Shown piece by piece: positions 26,983 through 40,400 of a stretch of 64,000 nt of DNA. The number at the start of each line of letters is the position of its first letter. The stretch's first letter is position 1. This DNA is from Tubulanus polymorphus. Taxonomy: Eukaryota; Animalia; Nemertea. A model generated the notes under the pieces. It did no database searches, was not told the DNA's origin, and saw nothing but the letters and a program-made list of their open reading frames with translations. Position numbers and translations under genes: made by a program. The stretch covers positions 5,828,001-5,892,000 of the forward strand of contig NC_134028.1 of NCBI RefSeq assembly GCF_964204645.1, given 5' to 3'.

Positions 26983-28413
26983 AGGGTAACTGACACTTTT
27001 TTAAAGATTTTCTACTATTCAATACTTTTCTACTATACAATAAGGCTAGGTGATTTCATAATTGGAAAAATCTTTTCAATCTAGTCAGAATTGATGATTT
27101 TGATGTTCGCGCACCTGTTCAGTGTATACATTGCTTCTGCTGAACGCGTGGTACTGTGTCTATTAATAGAACTACGTCACTAAAGTGACGGCTCGGAAAT
27201 GATGTCTATAGAAATGAATAGGAAATAAGCTATAAAAGCAAGCAATTCAACAAAAAAAAAGCAATTCAACTTAATTTTATACCTATTTGGCATTCGAATT
27301 GAGCCAAAATGCCTCTTGATTTTGAAAGTCTACATATTAATGATTATAATTAGCTGTTGAACGGACCATATCCGTTCAAACTAAGCGCAAAAATAGGATT
27401 TGAATAGCAATCCATGGCATTTTCTAGTAGACAGCAAGGAACACGGATGTTTAAATCATCGTTTTGTATTATCATTTAGTGATAGTAAGTATGATCATGG
27501 TTAGATCTAAGAATATTTTCACTTATGAACTGATGAAACTTAGACAGAATTAGCCGCAAGAACAATTTCAATTCCTTTCTTGAAATATACCTCGTATTGG
27601 TAGCGGCTTTGGTCACAAAATTAGAATATTTCCTCATCCATCCTATTTTAAAACTTAGAAATAATGTTTGTGAAAGATTTGTGATGTATCTATCAAAACT
27701 CTTCTGCAGCGTGAAACTTTAATCGAAAAACATTATTCCTTTGAATATTTGTTGTAAAGGCTGTAGAAATTTATTAAAATTTTTTGTAGTGTTAGTTTTA
27801 AAACTACTTAGTCTTAAATGACTATGAAAAATAGTAAATAGTAAACGAATATGAATCTATTTATTCTTTAGCGAGATCGAAATCTGTGATCGCTTATAAG
27901 ACACTTAGTATAGTATGCTTGTGGTGCTAAACTATAGGTGAACTATGGAGCAGCAGTAACAGTGCTGAGAGCTTAGCATAGTGTATTAGCTTCATAGCTG
28001 CGGATTGAAATCTGCATCTTCAATTTGATCGATTTAGCCTATTCAAATTACTCATTGATTCTTTGAAATAGGTTTATCCAATAGACAATAGATCCTTTTG
28101 CCTCCCTGGCCAGTTTCAAAGCTGTAAAACAATCTGGCATTGAGATATAACACGCAAACACACGCAGTTTCCTCAAAATTCAACGCATGACGCTATTTCT
28201 CAGCTGTCCGGTTAATGACGTTGCAGCGCGCCCCTGCTGATTTAGCCGACGCTGAACAGTTAGCAACGTAAACAACGAAATGAGCTCAAAAATCTTGTTA
28301 CAAAATCACAAATTGCGCGTAAACTAAACATTTTGGAACAGAACGGTTGAAGATGAGTGTATAGATCAATAGAATACATCATATTTTGAAATAAAAAAAG
28401 TGTCAGTTACCCT
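26983..28413. mobile_element. 1.43-kb non-autonomous Kolobok-like element
   Basis: TIRs agggtaactgacactttttt / aaaaaagtgtcagttaccct. Right flank is ttaa, left flank is ttac. RR...YY termini with a TTAA target. Confidence 0.8.
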
Positions 28414-29047
28414 TTAACATTTTCTAAAGTAAAACCTTTAGCGCGATTAATTGTCGTCCATCCCTCTTTTGACACAAAATTTAAACTCATGAATCGTTAG
28501 AAAGGTGACAATTTCTATTTTCCGATGGTGTTTATTTAATTTTTCTCGGCTGCAACAATCGAACACAGTTACAGTTAAGATATGTCACTTTTAGGGAGGC
28601 ACCTAAAAAAATTGGTAGTTTTGTGTCGTTGGCTGAATGAAAATAGAAATGGTCACCATGCATTCTGACGATTCATAAATTGAAATTTTGTGCGTAAAGC
28701 CCGCCGCACACGGCACCGAAAAAACGTTTTTTCCTCGTGAAAAAAATTTAAATCATATATTGATATAATGTATATACTCGAATTTATTTCAAATCTTAGA
28801 GATTTCTCCCATAAATTTGATAATTTACAAACGATTTTATTCATTTATAACAAAGATTGTTGTATATCATGGAGAAAATAAGCAGTTATCTTGATCACTG
28901 TGTTGCGGGGCGTGGGTGGCATCCTGTATACGCAACTAAATTGACCTTTTGAAATCTAGATCTTTAATTACATCGCAATATGATAACAAGTTTATCTCAT
29001 TTGATAGCTTTTACTCCAATCAGGGACTAGCGAGTGCAAGGAGAACA

Positions 29048-29917
29048 TTATTTGTAGATCCATTGTGGAAGATTCCGGCGTCGATCTCCGTAATTATGTA
29101 ACAACTCATGATTCGGTGGAATGTCATATTTCGCGTAAACTTCCAATGTGTTATTGCCATCGTTTTTTATAATACAGTTAGCGTTTAACTTAGAATGGTT
29201 CAAATATGCACCTGGATTATCCTCTATGGCCAAAAGTGTTCCATTTTTATCTCGACTACCATCGAGCCAGAGATTATTGCCCATATCATACATTGTTACG
29301 ATCTCTCCGTTGCGTTGGTAGACTTTTTCGCGTTCTATTCCCTCTTTTTTACTTATTATCATACCCTTGTATTCGCAAATGAATTCACCGGCTTTGATAA
29401 ATCGCGAAGAAATCGCCCCGTGCCCCTTTTCCTTGCATATAAATTTGTATTCCAACTTAACATCCTGTCTTTTTTCACCAACGTCGTCATTTTTTATATC
29501 TGCGGACCTATGTCTTGTCACCTTCGTAGTTTGAACCATATAACCGCGTTGTTTGTGCGAACAATATTTCCAGCCACGGATACCTGCCTCAGTTGACAAT
29601 TGCTGAAGTAAAAGATGAAAGTGATAGCTATTTTATAATCTATGAAAAATTATAATCTAGATAATGATTTTGATAACTTCGATTCAATTATAACATACCC
29701 TACTGAATCTTTGAAATCCTTTCCCGATATCAATCAACTTTGGTTCACATGTTTTGATCTTAAGCCATGCTACGAACTCCATATGAAGTTCACGAGTACT
29801 CGTGATATTTTCATCGCTTTTTATTTGTTCATCACAAAATTCCTTCAAGAAGGGAATACTTGCTTTGACGTCGTTCGGAAAAGTTGAGCCTCCGTGGTGA
29901 TGTCTTGCTCGTGGCAT
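29048..29917 (-). CDS. Winged-helix + PR-Set7/SETD8-like SET-domain lysine methyltransferase (257 aa, 2 exons)
   Basis: Exon 29917-29699, phase-0 intron gtatgt...ttcag, exon 29602-29048, in frame. SET motifs: KGHG, GEFICEYKG, EREKVY, YLNHSK..NC, DIPPNHELLHNYGDR, terminal W. Confidence 0.9.
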
Positions 29918-31488
29918 TTTCTCCTCATTAAAATGCCGACAATGACGTACGGTAACCTGTCTGCGCGTGGGCGTGTTTTGTGTGTATAATAGCTAGTGCG
30001 GTACACTATTCGACGGGGTTGATTGATGCGTACACATTGGAATGATTTGTCCAATTCAAGCGTACACGTTGATTCACATTGATTGCGCAAATACTTTTGA
30101 TAGAATGTATGTATATATAGTAATAATCCCCTGGTAAATATCCCCCCCCCCCCGGTAAAAATCCCTCTCAACGGGTAAAAACCCATTTCAGTTTTCTATC
30201 ATATTTAAGTATAAGTCCTAAATGAAAATAGATTATACTTTTTAACAATAATATTCAGGAATATATATGTAAACCGCCTATCCCAAAGAGGAATATCGGT
30301 AGCCAATCTTTTAGCTTTATCTCACCAACACTATAATCTTACCAATATATATTCGGGTGAGCGAGTCGATTCAAATAAGAAAAAATAAAAAAAGGAAGAC
30401 TTAAAACATATTTTTGATGAAATTTAAAACTGGAAATGATTTAGCTAAAGGGAATATTGTATTTCAAACTGTTATGTTGAACATTTTTTCGTGAAGCGCT
30501 CTGAGACATTATGAGATTTAGCGCTAAACAATAATAAATTTTGATAATGTGATTTTTATGCACATACGTAGCTTAGTAAAAGTCACAGATTATCCAAGGT
30601 GAATATTGTGAAAAACACCACGGCAAATTTAAATTTTTTTATCAAACTATCTAAGTTTTTCAACATAAGAATATCGAAGTATCTTATTGTATTTTGCTGT
30701 GAAATCCAATTATTAGGGGATTTTTACCGGGGGTTATTTATCGGGGGGGGGGGTTGACCTGTTACCGTTTTGATAAGCACGATCCACACAAAAATATATA
30801 CTATATGTCGGTACTGATTAAGACGCAGGGGTGGATCCAGAGGGGGTTCGCGGATCCGAACTTTAGACCAAGTGCCCTTTCGAAAATCACATGTGGATAA
30901 TTCCACACGACATTGATCTATGACGAAAGTCCACACCGGCCATAGGCCTATATTTGATACATTTTTAAAATATCTTTTCTACTGGACTGTGAAAAAAGAA
31001 GGGATCAAGCATTGGTTCTTTTCTTTGTTATTCAGTTAGGTTAAAATGTACATAGTTCGCTAGTTTGAACCGAGAGGTGGTGTAAAATATATATGATCGA
31101 ATATCAATTTCGGGGATTTCGATTAAAACTAGAACACCAAGTAACTGATGCATAATGGCATAATATTTTTCTGTGAAACAACTAACAAGAAATCTGGATA
31201 GATTTACAGAATGTCATGAAATGCCCAATCAAGAAACAATATAGGATCTCGGCGCATTCGCTTGTCGCCTGGTTTTTTTTCATGGGTGTCATACAGCTTC
31301 TTGGAACTAATTTTCTTGTTTAGAATATCTGTAATAGGCTACTCCTCTACAAACCAAAATAAAACCTCTATAAATCAAAACTCGTAAACAAACAGCTCAC
31401 GGGACTAGATAAAACATCTCATTTCACGATAAAAACTTTTACTAATGGTAATGTCACCTCTTATCGTCTAGTTCTTTTCCTTGTAGAT

Positions 31489-34400
31489 CATTCTAAGATC
31501 GAATGAAGTCAAATGTTTAGCGCTGAATGACTTCAGGTTCCGAACTTCTAGTGGTACTTTCACGCCACAAGCATCGGAGTCGCGGACGATCTTCAGTCGA
31601 GAATTTAAACAAAACTTCTCGGTCCAATCAAGATATGTTGTTGATGAGACGGATAATGGTAAGTATAGCGTCTTAAATCTAAATTTGTTTTCATTTCTTT
31701 CTATCCACTAAGCAGGCGCAGATCCAGGATTTTTCCCAGGAGGGGAAAAATGTTAATGTTAAACTGCCGACTAAAATCTCTAATCATAGGGGCCTATTCG
31801 GCATATTGTTTGGCCAAACATAAGATGATATGGTACCATCGGAGCCATCGGATATTTTAAGCTGGTTATAGGTTTTTATGATAGGTGGGTCGTTTAGGTC
31901 GCCCTTAGTCATCATTGGCGAATGCGCGACTCATTTGAGCTACTAAACTACTATTAGCAGCGACCGTCAGCGAGACCCCGATATGTTGTCAGTTGCATCT
32001 ATGGGTAATCAGACTGAATTACTCCAAGGTTGCATTGGCCCGAGCATGTTTACAACACTAGCCGCGATCACACAAGTGTTTTTGGGCCGGGCCACCCGAG
32101 CCAAATTCTAGCACGAGACAAATGATTGCGTTTGAATTGCAACTGGTACCGGAAAAAACCCCACTTCGCTTTGTTCGAGCATTGTTTTAGTATCGATTGA
32201 ATGGTTTGCGTGTGAACGCACTCTCTAATTAGGCACGGGCCAAATCGTCTCCGTGTGATCGCGGCTAATGTCAGCGACGAAAAATACCAGTGGTGAGTTG
32301 CGCACTAATGAGCATGGCGTCTGAACGACATCACTCGTTGCTGAATGCACGGGGTTTTTGTCGACCGAGCGCTTCTGCGTCGCGATCGCTCCAAGGCTGA
32401 CCTACCCCGGGTATATGACCTATATGACCTCTAAATAGAATAGGTTTAAATGCAACATTGCAACAAGCGTTTCAATGCTTGAAACAATAAATTTTCAATA
32501 TCAAAATCACTTATAAATAATTAGTGTGGATGTCAAATATAAACTGAATATTTTTGACGCTTATGCTTCGTTGTATGAATACGCAGAATTCCTTTTTCTA
32601 GGCATCGCTCCCTCACTAACTGAAGAACAGCCCGAGTCATCTGTTTATGGTAAATTATATTCCATTAATATCGACCCAAGCAGAAGCACAGTTTTATCTG
32701 CACTTAACACGAAAATGTCTTAATGTTTTAGATTTTGGACACGATATTCCAGAACATTTTACAAGTAAGTAGAGTATGATGGATGCTTTAGAAGCTTCAT
32801 TAATGCAATCCCTTTAGCATTCAAACATACCATATTCAACAATTAAGATTAATCAATCCATAACGATTAAATTTTAAAATATTTCCTTTATAATTCCTCA
32901 ATTTTTAATTTCCGTTATAGGTCAATCAGTTGAATCAGCGAATGAAACGAGTGAAAGTGAGTACCGGTAATTGTAAAATGAAAGCAGAATAATGACGCCT
33001 AATATGTTTTATATGTAATGGGTTTATCAAATTACTTGAATTATCATATGAATAACATGTTTCCTGCCCACAGGTCAAGAAATCGAACCTCAGACATCGC
33101 GTGAGTTACTAGCAAGTACGTTATATCTAAAATTATTTTTGAATTGAAAAATAATCCATATGCCATCTAAAAGATTACCTGAAACCACCTTCAAAATAAA
33201 TAGATAGTATATGTAGGAATATCAAATGAGCATGATTTATCTAATATCACCTGAAACATTGTAGGAACGCGTTTGCTGAAAGATGATACTATGAAATTCT
33301 TCATAGGTGAGCTTAAAAGTTATCCTGAAAAACGAGATCTCTAGATTCCCCTTTGTACGATGGTTGGGTAATTGAAATCCCTCCCGGTTGTGCAAACTGC
33401 TCTTGAGACAATAACGTCAATTTCTATGTGTCTTAATTCGAGCTAATTTTAATGATCATTTACGAAAAATAACATCTTGTGATATTTCGAAAGACGAATA
33501 ACTCGCGCCGATAAACCTCATTAAGAAATTTTATCTGACCAACTGTAGGAACTCAGCCAGTACCTGCGTCAAAAATTCGACAGACAGAATGGTGCCGTTC
33601 AGTGCGGGAATTGAACGGCGATCATGTTTCTTATCTCGAAAAACAGTTTCTCGAGAATCCCGCATTCTATACAATAATGTTGGTGCGGCAGGATGGAGCG
33701 GGAGAATTCGAGGTTATCGGAGGAAATCACACTCTGGCGGCGCTAAACAGAGTTCTATTAAAAGAAGGTAAGATGATTTCTGATCCCTGTCGTGATGACG
33801 TAAAAATTGAATTATTGCAACCAAGTCCCATTTATTCTTTTCAGATCTAGGAGATAAACGAAAGGTTTATGAGACGCCGATATGCAGCGTATACTCCGCC
33901 CAGATGCCGGATGATTTAGCGAGATTTCTGGCTGCCGACCATAATCTGGCACACTCCCGGATACTTGACACTAAGTATACCGACTTGGTTCGGTCAGCCA
34001 GAATCGTTCTCCTTCAACTCGAAGGAAAATCTGACTTCGGGGAAGAAATCGCGGCTCGAAAAGAGATAATTCAGAGATGGAAAGCTTCTCTAGAAGTTAT
34101 GTTTGGTCTCAATGTAAGTTTTCAAATACTTGTATTAGAATAAAACACTCTAATCCGTCTAAACTATAGAGATAAGTGGAGAAGTTCCCCAATAGAGTAG
34201 TATGATAGGTTTAGTATATTGCATTAATGTGACTTGTATAGTTTGGACGATTTAAAATGGTTCTTATAAACAGGTATCAGTTAAAATGATCCTTCCAATC
34301 TAAATTTGCTTTATCTATCAGAGCCGAGAAATGTGGGGTCTTAAGTTTAGTAAAGTATATATAGGTGTCACTAAACCTAAGAACCCCTAAACCCAACACC

Positions 34401-37400
34401 TAAGAGTAAGGGGGTCTTATTACAACGAATCCACAACGTTTCGGCTTTTGACTAACAGCCATAATCAGATGGAATGAGATTATCATCCACCTGACTATGG
34501 CTGTTAGTCAAAAGCCGAAACGGTGTGATCTCGTTGTAATAATTGCCATCGTGAATCTAGAATTCTATTATGTGTGACTTCTTTGATTATTTCAAATACT
34601 TGAGAATAATGGTACGTAAGTGAAACTAAAAGAGTCAAGTCGTTGTGATTTGTGGTTTGAACCGTCGATATAGCACTCGGCAGTGTTGCTTTTGGCAGAT
34701 CGTTTCCCGCTAATGGAACTGTATTTTTTGGAATGAAACGAAACACTACAGAGTTTTTGCACAACGTTATTTAGACCGGTCTAAATTTGATCCGGTCCAA
34801 TTTAGACCCGACCAAGCGTTCACACCGGCAAAAATTCCGTTCCAAATTGGCCCGGTCCATTTTAGACCGATCTAATTTTGACCACAAAGAGTGAACCAGG
34901 TCCGGTCCAAATTTTGGTACGGATTAAATCTCTAGCCGCGTTCACACGACAACTAGTTAGACCGGTCTAAATGAGTCAGTACCTGGGGCCAGTTGCATAG
35001 TCGTGGCTTAGACTTAAGACCAGTCTAAGACCAACTTAGTTCTATAGCCAATCTAACAAATTAAGATCAGTCTTAAGATTTAAGACCACTTTTAGACTTA
35101 AGTCACGACTGTGCAACTGGGCCCTGGTCCGGTCCAAATTTAGACCGGACCAAATTTTGGTTAGCGTTCACACGGCGTTTTGACACGCGTTGATAAAATC
35201 GCTTGTCTCTGGGCCCACAATATGTTGCCATCTGCTAGATAATTAACTGGGCCTGGATGAAGTCTTACTTCCAGATTCCAAGTAGAGCAAGACATTCTTC
35301 ATTTGACGAATTCGATTCTCTCTCAGTTTTAGACATTTTTGATTCAGACGCTATCATTTGTCCTGGACACAAATTTGGTCCGCCCAAGTCCGATGTTTTT
35401 GGTCGGGCCAAGTTTGACCCTCAAGCAGACACACGCCAAAAAGGGTACCCGTCTAAACAGTTTTCCCGGGCCAATTTGGCCGGTGTAAAAATGCCAAAAA
35501 TGCTCGTGTGATCGCGGCCATAAACTGGTATCACACTCAAACCAATATTTTCTTTTAGCGCAAGCAACTCAACGATCGGTACCGTATCGTCATTAAAGCA
35601 GCACAAATGCCCACGTGTGCATGGCTGCTATGGGAAAAAATGATCGAAGGATGGTCGAAGGGGCATATCAAAGGCCAAAAATATGAAACAATCGACAGGA
35701 ATGGCGAAAAAATGAAAACATTGGTACCTTTTGGGTCAAGGAAGGTCAAATCTTTGGTATCATTACCTGTACCGGATATGATGGCTATCATGAAGGATAT
35801 TACCAACGGAAAAATCGACCAAAAAGACATTATTCCATTATGCAGTAGTAGAGCCAGGTTAGTTTGCTATTTATCTGTTATATATATAATGTCTATAAAT
35901 CATATTTTAATTTATTTATTCATTCCATTTACAGGGTTACTAAGACTACAGCTGCTAAGACTAGGGAAGTAAGTATAACAATTTAGTAGCTTCTCATTTA
36001 AAAATTAACCAAACATGTCTGATATGGATTCTCATACTGATATATTTCATTTGTTTACAGCCTGCCGTAGAACGAGAGAAGAATGAACAAGCTGAAAATG
36101 AGGTACAGACACTTACAGCTCATATAGCTCTTTTTTCGTATATGTCACATTTCTTACAAATGATGAATATGTTTCATGAGTTATTATCAAGAGGGAGATT
36201 TTGTTTCAGCAAAACAGAGCAAATTTAGATCGACGAGTCACCGGAGAGGTAATTTATGATTGTAAAAATATTATCACTTCATAAGAACTTAAAGCATGGA
36301 CGATTAGTACAGAAGGAGTGGATTCAGTTGGGTTCTAGGAGCCCTCCCCCTCCCCGATTTTTGCCCAAAAGAAGATTATTGTATATTAGTGGTTTGTCTT
36401 AGGGCCTTAGGTTTATCTGAGGCCATCTTAACTTAAGTTATGTTTGAGGATGATAAACCTTTGACTGTGAACAGTACGTAATCTCTCAGTTAACTCATTT
36501 TGATTGATAGTCATCAGTGTTCAATCAACATTCTTTTATTGGAAGTCATGATCAAAGGAATTTTCTCATTTCTATTCGGTTTCAGTTGGAAGTTGACCAG
36601 TCATCATTTGCAGAAGATATGGATATGGAAGACGACCCTAGTGTCTTCATAGTAAGTATATGACTATTGCACGGGCACGTTGAGCATTTTTGAGGTTTAT
36701 TTCTTTGTCAGTCATCGGCTGCCTAGGCGCATTTTCATTAAGATTTTCTGAGAAAAAATTTAGTGCATTATTTCTCAGCACGTATAAGATGGGCTGGCTG
36801 GCTGGTGAATCAAGGCACACGCGTCCTCTATGTATTGAGATGCCTTTTTGCTCTGGTTGCGTGGGTGATAAAAACTTAATTTATAAGAGTAAAATCAGAA
36901 TTCATTAATATACTTTTTTCTTTTCAGGAAAAAGAACACGCATCAATCAGCCAAGAGGTATGGAATATGTCATTTACGTAGATATTGTTGTTACAATTTT
37001 TCATTGCTTGTCTAAAAGCTTACACCCATTCTATGCGACCAACTAAGTTTTTTTTCAAAATCAACATCGATTGTTACAATTACTGATATTGTAGGTCAAT
37101 GAATTGTTGACCTCTATATGTTATCTACGTCTACTAGCTTCAGAGTACCTTTATTGATGGCAATAAACGAAGACGTCCGCGCCACGATTTAGAGGTTAGT
37201 TATCATTCAAAAAAGTTTAAAATGGGAAGCGTCCTAGGAACATTGAAAACATTTTTTTAAAAATCCTATTTTCGAAAAATATCCAACGTCTGAATTAAAC
37301 AAAAATAGAATTTTTGAATAAAATACCCAGGGCCTGGTGTTATAGACTGGTATTAACTTTTAACCGAGAGGTTAACTCAATTGAAAATGAATTGAGTTAG

Positions 37401-40400
37401 CTCTGGGTAAAAGATAAATACAATTCTATAAAGCCGGCCCCAGGATTTTTTAATCAAACAATGATATTTTCCAGGACGCTTCCGTAAGGGTTAAACGTAT
37501 TTACATTATATTGTATAATCACTTGTGTTTTTTGCACTTGTAACTCATTAATGTTGATAAACCAATGATTACACGGATACGTGTTAGAACAGTTCTTTTT
37601 ATATATCCAATCAACCATTAGTCATGTTATATGTAACTCAAGTGCATATTTCTTTAGATATCCCATGTTCTACCTACGAAGAGTTTACGCTTACAGGCAA
37701 GTAAATCTTAGTATTTTTGTTTATAAAAGAAAAAACTGTATTTGCCGTCGCTTTCCCTCTCAGTGAATTATACAGTTCATAACGACCCTACCACTACTTG
37801 AGAACGAAATCGGTTTCAGCTATGTCTCGCTTTCTACGTTCAATGGTAACTGCTGTGTATTTTATAGGTGAATCAAATCAATGCGACAAGCCAGACCGAA
37901 CCTAGTAATGAGGTATATATCGATAATGTAACCCTCAAGTTGTTTCAAAGGACATCGGGTGCCACAACAACAGTCAGTTTTGGTAGTATGTACTTGACAT
38001 GTGTCAAAATGATCAGCATGCTAAACCAGAGAAATAAAATATCGATTCTCAATCCATCCTGTACTGCATGGCCCGATTTTATAGACTGGTATTAACTTTA
38101 ACCCGGGGGTTAACTCAATTGAAATTGAATTGAGTTAGCCCCCGAGTGAAAGTTAATACCTGTCTATGAAACTGGCCCCAGGAGTTGAAGAATTGCATAA
38201 AATTCTTTTCACAAGGTGAATCAGAGAAAAAGTCACTCCAGCCGTAAATCAAGTTTAACCCATATATACCTATAGGGACATTGTTAAACATAAGAAAACA
38301 ATTAGGTTTTTCTTCATTTAACAAAATTGGAACTGCGCATCTGTGCTGGTCATTTTAACACCTTTATCAGGTGAACTAATCGAGTTATGGCACCCCGGCT
38401 TCCTTTCAAACGTCAAGTCGAAATTTATACTAATGGCAACTTGCATCGAATTTTACAGGTTGTTACACAACAGCTCGTTACAGAGCTGAGGGAAAAGCTT
38501 GCAACCACTGAGAGAAGGCTTAAAGATATTGAGGTAAGGTTTGCGTACTTGATAACAATGAAAATCATCTAAAACATGTATATACAGTAAAACCTGCGAT
38601 CATACGGAGACGATTTGGCCGTGCTAAAATTTGACTCGGGCCTGCTCCGACGTTTTTGGTCGGGTTAAATTTGTCCCGGGTCTAACTAGCGCGCGCCTAT
38701 TTGTCACCCCTGCGAACGGTAATTGTAGGCCTAATTTGGCACCCGTGTGATATAATTGTACTTAATATAACTTTTTTTTAAATTTTGTTTTAAGATTGAA
38801 AAACAGTTCTCCACTAACATGATACAAGGCTTAGAAGAAGAATTGTTGGAAGTAAAGGTCAGTGTCACCAAATCTTACTACAAATTTGCCAAACTACCGG
38901 GTACAAAAAGTATCCCATTTCATGGTCCTGTACTAACCATGTCCTGATCTGGAATCTATGTATATTTTTGATAGAACTGTAAGGACTACCGCACTCCTTT
39001 TTCTGAAAATCATATCTACATGGTTTTGTCGGCTCATCACCAAAGTGTGCGCTTTCAATATTGGCCGACGACTTTTTTGTACGATATCTTAAACATCGCG
39101 CGGCTGTGCGCCGCAGTAATCAGCAGTGGTTCGTGGACTAACGTCGACATAGGCCTAACTAACGGCTTCATTGTTTTTTTTTTTTATTTATAGAAGTCTA
39201 ATAAGGAAAAAAACGAAAAGATTCATCTCTATGAACAGGTATGCCAATTCGATTTTTTTTTTGTCTTGGAAAAAAGTATTTAGTATGCTCTAACATGGGA
39301 TGCTTCAACGGTAAAAAGCGATAATTATAACAGCTGTGCCCTTCAGTTACACTTCTATGGTTCCTGGGACCTTGGAGTAATCAGACTGGTGAAATCAGAG
39401 AGTACGTTCACACACGTGATAGTGAATTGACTACAGACCACTGGCCCCCGTAATCTATTAATGACTGCAGTTCATCATTGTCACCCGCACCTACACTCTA
39501 AACATCAAGTAGCTGTAATGAGTGTGATGGATTACAGAAATATTTATGATTCAAAAGTGTAAATTTGAAGGATTTTTAAATCTTATTACTTCAAGGTTTA
39601 TCTAATCAAAAGTACGCTTAGTTAAAAACGGTGCTGATGAAGACACGATAGGGGCGATATGCTAAATTCACGTCAGTGTGAACTCCTAGCTACACACTGA
39701 TATTCATTTCATCTACCCAAAGTTATCCCTGTAGTAATTATCTTATCCAAAGTACGCTTAGTAAGTTAAACTCAGATGAACCAGCCCCAGATTTTATGTA
39801 TTGAATTTGAAAATGCAGTGGAAAATAATTTACCGTGATGGCTTTCTGTATTTAATGTTCTAATATTCATACAGTGTGCTTACATGTATTTCTAGGAATT
39901 GAAAAGGATTCGGCATCAAAATCCACAAGATGTAAATTGTAAAGGTAGATCATTTTACTTTATTGAAGGCCCACTAAACTGTCACTTAACCGATTTGGAT
40001 CCTTCTTTTCGTCAAACATACATGTATTACTGTGTTATATTCATTTCTGTAATCAAAATGTGTTTAGATCATCCTCTTTTGAGAAATATAGCTTTAGAAT
40101 TTATCTCTTCAAAATCTATAAAATCCCTGCATAACATAAAGGGGGAACTAGCTTAGTTCAAATTCAGATTCAGATTACACATAAACAAAATGTAGGCTAA
40201 TTCAAAGTACAAATATTGACAACTTAAATACCCGTAATTATCATCATTATTGTTACTGTTACTCATTTCAAGTGCTGAAGTCACTTTGAGCGGTCTTGGT
40301 CAAGTGCCAGTATCCACTGCAATTAAGTGATCACTTGACACATGGCTAGTGGGGTAAAATATTATTGAGCAGCTGCCCTTGAAAATAGGTGGATCTTAAG

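Noticed and set aside
15075-28413. A single 13.3-kb TTAA-flanked element formed by the two ~500-bp inverted matches
   Set aside because: The 28413 end already has its own partner TIR at 26983, so two independent copies in opposite orientation is simpler. Composite mobilisation is not excluded.
29195-29596. 133-aa plus-strand ORF
   Set aside because: It is the antisense shadow of the SET exon.
39634-39662. ctgatgaagac... as another hammerhead
   Set aside because: No GAAA core or stem II pairing.
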